Part shown: positions 58,178-64,000 of the stretch, in pieces
How positions within the stretch are numbered: position 1 is the first letter of the stretch
Layout of the letters: each line of letters opens with the position of its first letter
Assembly (NCBI GenBank): GCA_963807635.1
Contig: CAWEDJ010000041.1
Span: 39,130 to 103,129 of the forward strand
Origin: an uncultured cyanobacterium
GTDB lineage: Bacteria; Cyanobacteriota; Cyanobacteriia; Cyanobacteriales; Microcystaceae
Reading direction: 5' to 3'
Length of the DNA stretch: 64,000 bases
The notes under the pieces: model-generated
The model's database searches: none
What the model saw: the letters and a program-made list of their open reading frames with translations, nothing else
What the model was told of the DNA's origin: nothing
Translations under genes and position numbers: made by a program

Positions 58178-59812
58178 ATGACTTTTCAGACTCAGACCTC
58201 ATTTTATAATGTCTTCAATCTCAATACGAGGGCCGATATTAATGACCGAATGGTTACCTATTGGTATGAAGGATATTGTCCTAATACAGGAAAATTACTG
58301 CGCTTACCCCGCACTCGTCAAATAGAAGTGATCGCTAGGGAATTGATGAAATCTTTAGCAGAAGATCCGATTTTTTCAAAAGAAGGAAAAATGTATGGTG
58401 TTTTATTAGTCGAAACCCAGAATGGAAATCAGGTGCTAAAAGCATTTTCAGGATTATTACAAGGTCAATCCCAAAAAGAAGGTTGGGTTCCACCAATTTC
58501 AGGACAAGAAAAATTAGTGTTAGCCGAGAATCAAACCCTCGCTGAATTAGAACAAATTAAACAACAAATTTTGCGGTTAAAATTTATTCCTGAACGTCAA
58601 GAATATGAGAGATTTTTTGAAGATTTTAACCAACAGTTATCAGCATTAAATTTGATTCATGCTCAACGAAAGGAAGATCGAAAAAAACAGCGTGAATTTT
58701 TATTTGCAAATCCAGAAAATGAGGAGATAGCCTATCAATTAAATGAATTACAGGAACAAAGTAAGCGAGACGGGATGGAAAAACGTCGATTGAAACGGCA
58801 ACGAGATGAGGTACTAAAACCGCTACAAAGGATCATTCAAGAAGCGGATCAAACAATACAGCAACTCAAGCAACAACGAAAAATGCGATCGCGCCAACTG
58901 CAAACCCAAATGCACTGCACCTATTCCCTCACGAATTTTGCGGGAAATTCCCTTTCTTTGAAACAGTTGATGCCCCAGGGTTTACCGACGGGAACGGGAG
59001 AATGCTGTGCGCCGAAATTACTCCACTATGCGGCGACTCAGGGATTTAAGCCTTTGGCAATGGCAGAATTTTGGTGGGGGAGTAAGGAGCAGGGAAAATT
59101 TTATGGAGCTTGTACAGAACGCTGTCAACCCATAATGGGATTTTTATTGTCGGGTTTGAGCAAATTTGATGATATTCCTAAAATTATAGATGATTCTCTT
59201 CCCATTATTTATGAAGATGAATGGTTCGTCGCGATCGCGAAACCTGCTGGTTTACTATCGGTGCCTGGTCGTCATTCAGGCAAAGGCGATAGTGCCTCCA
59301 GTCGATTACAAAATTTGTTAGCCGATGGCATGAATTTACGCCCTGTTCATCGTTTAGATCAGGATACTTCGGGAGTTTTGTTATTTGCTCGTGATTTGGA
59401 GAGCTATCGTTCCCTTAGTCGGCAGTTTGAACAGCGACAAGTTCATAAGATCTATGATGCGTTGTTGGCAGGAAGGGTGATTCTCTCTGAGGGAACGATT
59501 AATTTGCCGCTCTGGGGAGATCCGAGTCATCGACCCTATCAGGTGGTGGATTGGCAACGGGGGAAGCCTAGTGTGACTAAATTTCGGGTAATTTCTAGGG
59601 GAGAAAATGATACTCAGGTTGAATTTATTCCTTTAACGGGACGCACCCATCAACTCCGTGTCCATGCGGCGGATTCCCAGGGGTTGGGGATGCCGATTGT
59701 GGGCGATCGCTTATATGGGGTTGCCAATGAGGGCGATCGTTTGTGTCTTCATGGGAGGGAACTACATTTTTTCCATCCGCGATCGGGGGAAAGGATGATT
59801 TTAAGAGCCTGA
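58178..59812 (+). CDS. long-form RluA-family pseudouridine synthase
   Basis: KPAGL, HRLDQDTSG, TGRTHQLRVH, GDRLY; about 340-aa N-terminal extension. Confidence 0.9.
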   Translation: MTFQTQTSFYNVFNLNTRADINDRMVTYWYEGYCPNTGKLLRLPRTRQIEVIARELMKSLAEDPIFSKEGKMYGVLLVETQNGNQVLKAFSGLLQGQSQKEGWVPPISGQEKLVLAENQTLAELEQIKQQILRLKFIPERQEYERFFEDFNQQLSALNLIHAQRKEDRKKQREFLFANPENEEIAYQLNELQEQSKRDGMEKRRLKRQRDEVLKPLQRIIQEADQTIQQLKQQRKMRSRQLQTQMHCTYSLTNFAGNSLSLKQLMPQGLPTGTGECCAPKLLHYAATQGFKPLAMAEFWWGSKEQGKFYGACTERCQPIMGFLLSGLSKFDDIPKIIDDSLPIIYEDEWFVAIAKPAGLLSVPGRHSGKGDSASSRLQNLLADGMNLRPVHRLDQDTSGVLLFARDLESYRSLSRQFEQRQVHKIYDALLAGRVILSEGTINLPLWGDPSHRPYQVVDWQRGKPSVTKFRVISRGENDTQVEFIPLTGRTHQLRVHAADSQGLGMPIVGDRLYGVANEGDRLCLHGRELHFFHPRSGERMILRA

Positions 59813-61132
59813 TTTTTCCCGTGAAGTCTGAAAAAAATGACAGTATCAGGGAGAAATTTGGCGATCGCTAATAATAGTTTTAGATCATTTTATAAATGGT
59901 GTTGTTCTCATCGGATTTGTTAACAATTTTGATAAATTCTTCTTCTTGTAAAATTAGTAGGTGATCGCGGAGAAGTTGTTTATCACATTTTAGGTTTGAT
60001 AGGAGGTCTATAAAACTAGCATTGTCATTTTTCCTAAGATAATACAAAATACCGAGATCAACTTCTTTAGGATTAATTGTTTCGGGAGAAAAAGCTGGTG
60101 ATGAAGTTATATTTTGAGATGGTAGATTTTGGAATGATTGTAGATTTATTTCTGGAATAATATCTTGTTGTGTAAATTCTCCAGGTTCTTCAATTTCCCA
60201 TAAGTCAAAACCAATAGCTTTTAGCTTTGCAGGTCTAACTAGGGCTTGCTGAAAAAGTCAAAAAACAGGAAGAGGGGATTAATTTATGAATTTAAGGCGA
60301 GTAAAACATAAGGGTTAAATGAATTGTCAACACAAAGCATAAGCTGGGCTAATAAGAGGGCAGAAAAATAAGCTCTTCTTCCGAAAAAGACAAAAAAAAC
60401 GTAAAACCTGCCGAAGCAGGGCAAAAAGATTGATGACTAAAAAGGTGATAGCAATAGCGGTTTCAGAGGTATCAGGAAGTTTTGTCATAACTCGATTGAG
60501 GCTAAATCGTCTCTTTGCTTGACCAAATTTGCCTTCAATAGCATTACGGTCTCTTTCATCTTGAAGAGCTTCTTTCTTTTTTTCTGGACTAATATTTGTG
60601 GGTCGTCTTCCCAAGGGTGGGCCACTTAATCGAATTCCCTTCTCCTTACAAAAAGCGCGATTTTCCCTTGTGCGATAGATTGCATCAGCATGAACAGACT
60701 GGGGATAGTAGCCTGTCTCACGTTTAAACTCTTCTATTTGTCCTTTGAAGTCGCCTGATTCATTATAATTATCCCAACTTAATCGGTATAAATAAAGATA
60801 TCCATTCACATAACTTGCTGATAGTTTTGCACCAAACTCTACTGGCGTTCCCGCTTTTCCTCTAACAATGGGACGAACATGAGGTTGAGTCAAACTCACA
60901 ATTCTATTTTCTACCTTATTTTCTTTATTTTCATACATTCCTACTTGTTGCTCATAGGCTTTTTGTATTATCGACAGTATCTTTTCGTCTTTTTTACTTA
61001 ATTTTGCGACCTCTTTATCTTCTCTTAATTTTTCTATATGGGAAAGGTTTCTTTTGATATATTGGATTTGTTTTTTTATGCCCTTTCTCCTTTCTTTTCT
61101 CGACGGACGGCGTTTTTTTGACAATTTTAAGT

Positions 61133-62784
61133 AGGGCTTGCTGAAAAAGTCAAAAAACAGGAAGAGGGGATTAATTTATGAATTTAAGGCGAGTAAAACA
61201 TAAGGGTTAAATGAATTGTCAACACAAAGCATAAGCTGGGCTAATAAGAGGGCAGAAAAATAAGCTCTTCTTCCGAAAAAGACAAAAAAAACGTAAAACC
61301 TGCCGAAGCAGGGCAAAAAGATTGATGACTAAAAAGGTGATAGCAATAGCGGTTTCAGAGGTATCAGGAAGTTTTGTCATAACTCGATTGAGGCTAAATC
61401 GTCTCTTTGCTTGACCAAATTTGCCTTCAATAGCATTACGGTCTCTTTCATCTTGAAGAGCTTCTTTCTTTTTTTCTGGACTAATATTTGTGGGTCGTCT
61501 TCCCAAGGGTGGGCCACTCAATCGAATTCCCTTCTCCTTACAAAAAGCGCGATTTTCCCTTGTGCGATAGATTGCATCAGCATGAACAGACTGGGGATAG
61601 TAGCCTGTCTCACGTTTAAACTCTTCTATTTGTCCTTTGAAGTCGCCTGATTCATTATAATTATCCCAACTTAATCGGTATAAATAAAGATATCCATTCA
61701 CATAACTTGCTGATAGTTTTGCACCAAACTCTACTGGCGTTCCCGCTTTTCCTCTAACAATGGGACGAACATGAGGTTGAGTCAAACTCACAATTCTATT
61801 TTCTACCTTATTTTCTTTATTTTCATACATTCCTACTTGTTGCTCATAGGCTTTTTGTATTATCGACAGTATCTTTTCGTCTTTTTTACTTAATTTTGCG
61901 ACCTCTTTATCTTCTCTTAATTTTTCTATATGGGAAAGGTTTCTTTTGATATATTGGATTTGTTTTTTTATGCCCTTTCTCCTTTCTTTTCTCGACGGAC
62001 GGCGTTTTTTTGACAATTTTAAGTAATCTTTTCTGGCTCTTATTCTATAGGTTCTTGGTTTTTTTCCTTTTTTTTTAGTTTTTTTATACAAGTTGTCTAT
62101 TATTTTTTCGGTTTTTTCTCTTGCCTCATTCAAGATTCCTATATCTGTTGGATATTTGATGTCTGCTGGTGCACAGGTTGCATCTATTAATAGCTTTCCT
62201 CTATTCTGATTTTCCCCTTCACTTTTTTCTTTTACTTCTGATAATATTTCTTCTTCTTTTTTTACCATTGCTTTATTTATTTGATTCACCAAGTCCATTC
62301 CTATTCTTTGACGGAAATGTACTAACAGTGACGCATCAAATGCCTCCTCATTTTCATATACTTCTAGTCCTATAAAATATTGTAAGTAAGGGTTTTCTTT
62401 TATTTGTTCTACTGTTTCTCGGTCACTTATTCTCAATATTTCTTTTATTATTAATGACCCTAATGCCATCCTAAATGGTTTGGCTGTCGCTCCTTTATTT
62501 TCTGAAAATTGTTTTGCATATTCTTCTTCAAATTCCTCCCACGGAATTATTTTTGACATGATTACCCAACGATTTTCTTCTTTTGGCTTCCACTCACTTG
62601 GTATTTTGAAGTTTTCAACAGTCGATTTTTCGGATTCTTTTTTGGGGTACATCGTTCAATGCTCTGGAAGGGGAGGGGTGCAAGCCTTTTCACTCATTTT
62701 AGACCTTTTTTTTGCACTTTTTTTGCTCTCTAAATCCCCTCATCTCTTTTCTTATAAGGCTTTCAGCTTTTTTCAGCAAGCTCT
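61133..62784 (-). mobile_element. IS5-family element, copy 3 (intact, 1652 bp)
   Basis: both IRs present; AAGT duplicated inside the copy 2 transposase gene. Confidence 0.96.
61219..62652 (-). CDS. IS5-family transposase (intact, 477 aa)
   Basis: ENPYLQYF N-terminal domain plus DDE motifs. Confidence 0.95.
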   Translation of the reverse strand: MYPKKESEKSTVENFKIPSEWKPKEENRWVIMSKIIPWEEFEEEYAKQFSENKGATAKPFRMALGSLIIKEILRISDRETVEQIKENPYLQYFIGLEVYENEEAFDASLLVHFRQRIGMDLVNQINKAMVKKEEEILSEVKEKSEGENQNRGKLLIDATCAPADIKYPTDIGILNEAREKTEKIIDNLYKKTKKKGKKPRTYRIRARKDYLKLSKKRRPSRKERRKGIKKQIQYIKRNLSHIEKLREDKEVAKLSKKDEKILSIIQKAYEQQVGMYENKENKVENRIVSLTQPHVRPIVRGKAGTPVEFGAKLSASYVNGYLYLYRLSWDNYNESGDFKGQIEEFKRETGYYPQSVHADAIYRTRENRAFCKEKGIRLSGPPLGRRPTNISPEKKKEALQDERDRNAIEGKFGQAKRRFSLNRVMTKLPDTSETAIAITFLVINLFALLRQVLRFFCLFRKKSLFFCPLISPAYALC

Positions 62785-63810
62785 AAGTAATCTTTTCTGG
62801 CTCTTATTCTATAGGTTCTTGGTTTTTTTCCTTTTTTTTTAGTTTTTTTATACAAGTTGTCTATTATTTTTTCGGTTTTTTCTCTTGCCTCATTCAAGAT
62901 TCCTATATCTGTTGGATATTTGATGTCTGCTGGTGCACAGGTTGCATCTATTAATAGCTTTCCTCTATTCTGATTTTCCCCTTCACTTTTTTCTTTTACT
63001 TCTGATAATATTTCTTCTTCTTTTTTTACCATTGCTTTATTTATTTGATTCACCAAGTCCATTCCTATTCTTTGACGGAAATGTACTAACAGTGACGCAT
63101 CAAATGCCTCCTCATTTTCATATACTTCTAGTCCTATAAAATATTGTAAGTAAGGGTTTTCTTTTATTTGTTCTACTGTTTCTCGGTCACTTATTCTCAA
63201 TATTTCTTTTATTATTAATGACCCTAATGCCATCCTAAATGGTTTGGCTGTCGCTCCTTTATTTTCTGAAAATTGTTTTGCATATTCTTCTTCAAATTCC
63301 TCCCACGGAATTATTTTTGACATGATTACCCAACGATTTTCTTCTTTTGGCTTCCACTCACTTGGTATTTTGAAGTTTTCAACAGTCGATTTTTCGGATT
63401 CTTTTTTGGGGTACATCGTTCAATGCTCTGGAAGGGGAGGGGTGCAAGCCTTTTCACTCATTTTAGACCTTTTTTTTGCACTTTTTTTGCTCTCTAAATC
63501 CCCTCATCTCTTTTCTTATAAGGCTTTCAGCTTTTTTCAGCAAGCTCTAACTAATTCCAGATTTCCTGAACCACGATGAATGATAAAAACTTCAGGATTC
63601 TCCTCTAAATTATTCATGATCTTACTAATATAAGATGAAGTAATATTAGGAATTAACCAATATTCTCCGTCCATCTCAAACTTAAGAAAGGACGCTTGAG
63701 AGTTATCAGTAACACTTTCTAGCTCTATAACTCGATGTACATTTAAGCCAATTTGTCCCTGAGTAGATTGCTGGGTTAATTTCAACGGTTGAAAACGTGA
63801 ATCATTAAAT

Positions 63811-64000
63811 AGGGCTTGCTGAAAAAGTCAAAAAACAGGAAGAGGGGATTAATTTATGAATTTAAGGCGAGTAAAACATAAGGGTTAAATGAATTGTCAA
63901 CACAAAGCATAAGCTGGGCTAATAAGAGGGCAGAAAAATAAGCTCTTCTTCCGAAAAAGACAAAAAAAACGTAAAACCTGCCGAAGCAGGGCAAAAAGAT
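63811..64000 (-). mobile_element. IS5-family element, copy 4 (partial, window edge)
   Basis: sequence identical to the ends at 15531, 60241 and 61133. Confidence 0.93.

Larger units (their letters stand above)
60241..63548 (-). mobile_element. IS5-family element, copy 2, interrupted by copy 3
   Basis: same IRs; AACT duplicated; 3308 = 1652 + 1652 + 4. Confidence 0.95.
59880..63810 (-). pseudogene. gene with C-terminal winged-HTH-like domain disrupted by IS5 copies
   Basis: removing 60241-63548 joins ...GNLELV to RPAKLKAIG... with an open frame to the stop at 59880; another IS at 63811 cuts the 5' part. Confidence 0.75.

Overview
Chromosomal window from an AT-rich unicellular cyanobacterium. 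HIP1 octamers (GCGATCGC) are dense, and gene content and petL sequence suggest a Synechocystis-related lineage (inference). The backbone is housekeeping: dapA, asd, tig-clpP-clpX, argD, pyrB, aroB, petL, trpA, aroC, fabG, purM, rlpA, accD, tRNA-Ala(GGC), cysS, cynS, ureAB and a long rluA. Small accessory blocks interrupt it: an ABC/AAA ATPase + TOPRIM pair (7.1-9.0 kb), a nuclease island flanked by a duplicated gene end (14.7-19.6 kb), a toxin-antitoxin cluster plus a J-domain + ORF6N-like/HNH pair (23.9-26.9 kb), hicBA, a three-gene P-loop ATPase operon (46.6-49.1 kb) and vapBC. One IS5-family element occurs four times: one copy carries an IS630, one is inserted into another copy of itself, and one is cut by the window edge. 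Regulatory features are a cobalamin riboswitch, a Yfr2-like RNA and two NtcA boxes. Ten of 12 frameshifts fall at GGCC motifs, so they are probably methylation-linked long-read errors rather than true pseudogenes. The best novelty candidates are the J-domain/HNH pair, the ATPase triplet and HIP1-anchored cassette junctions. No CRISPR array was seen.
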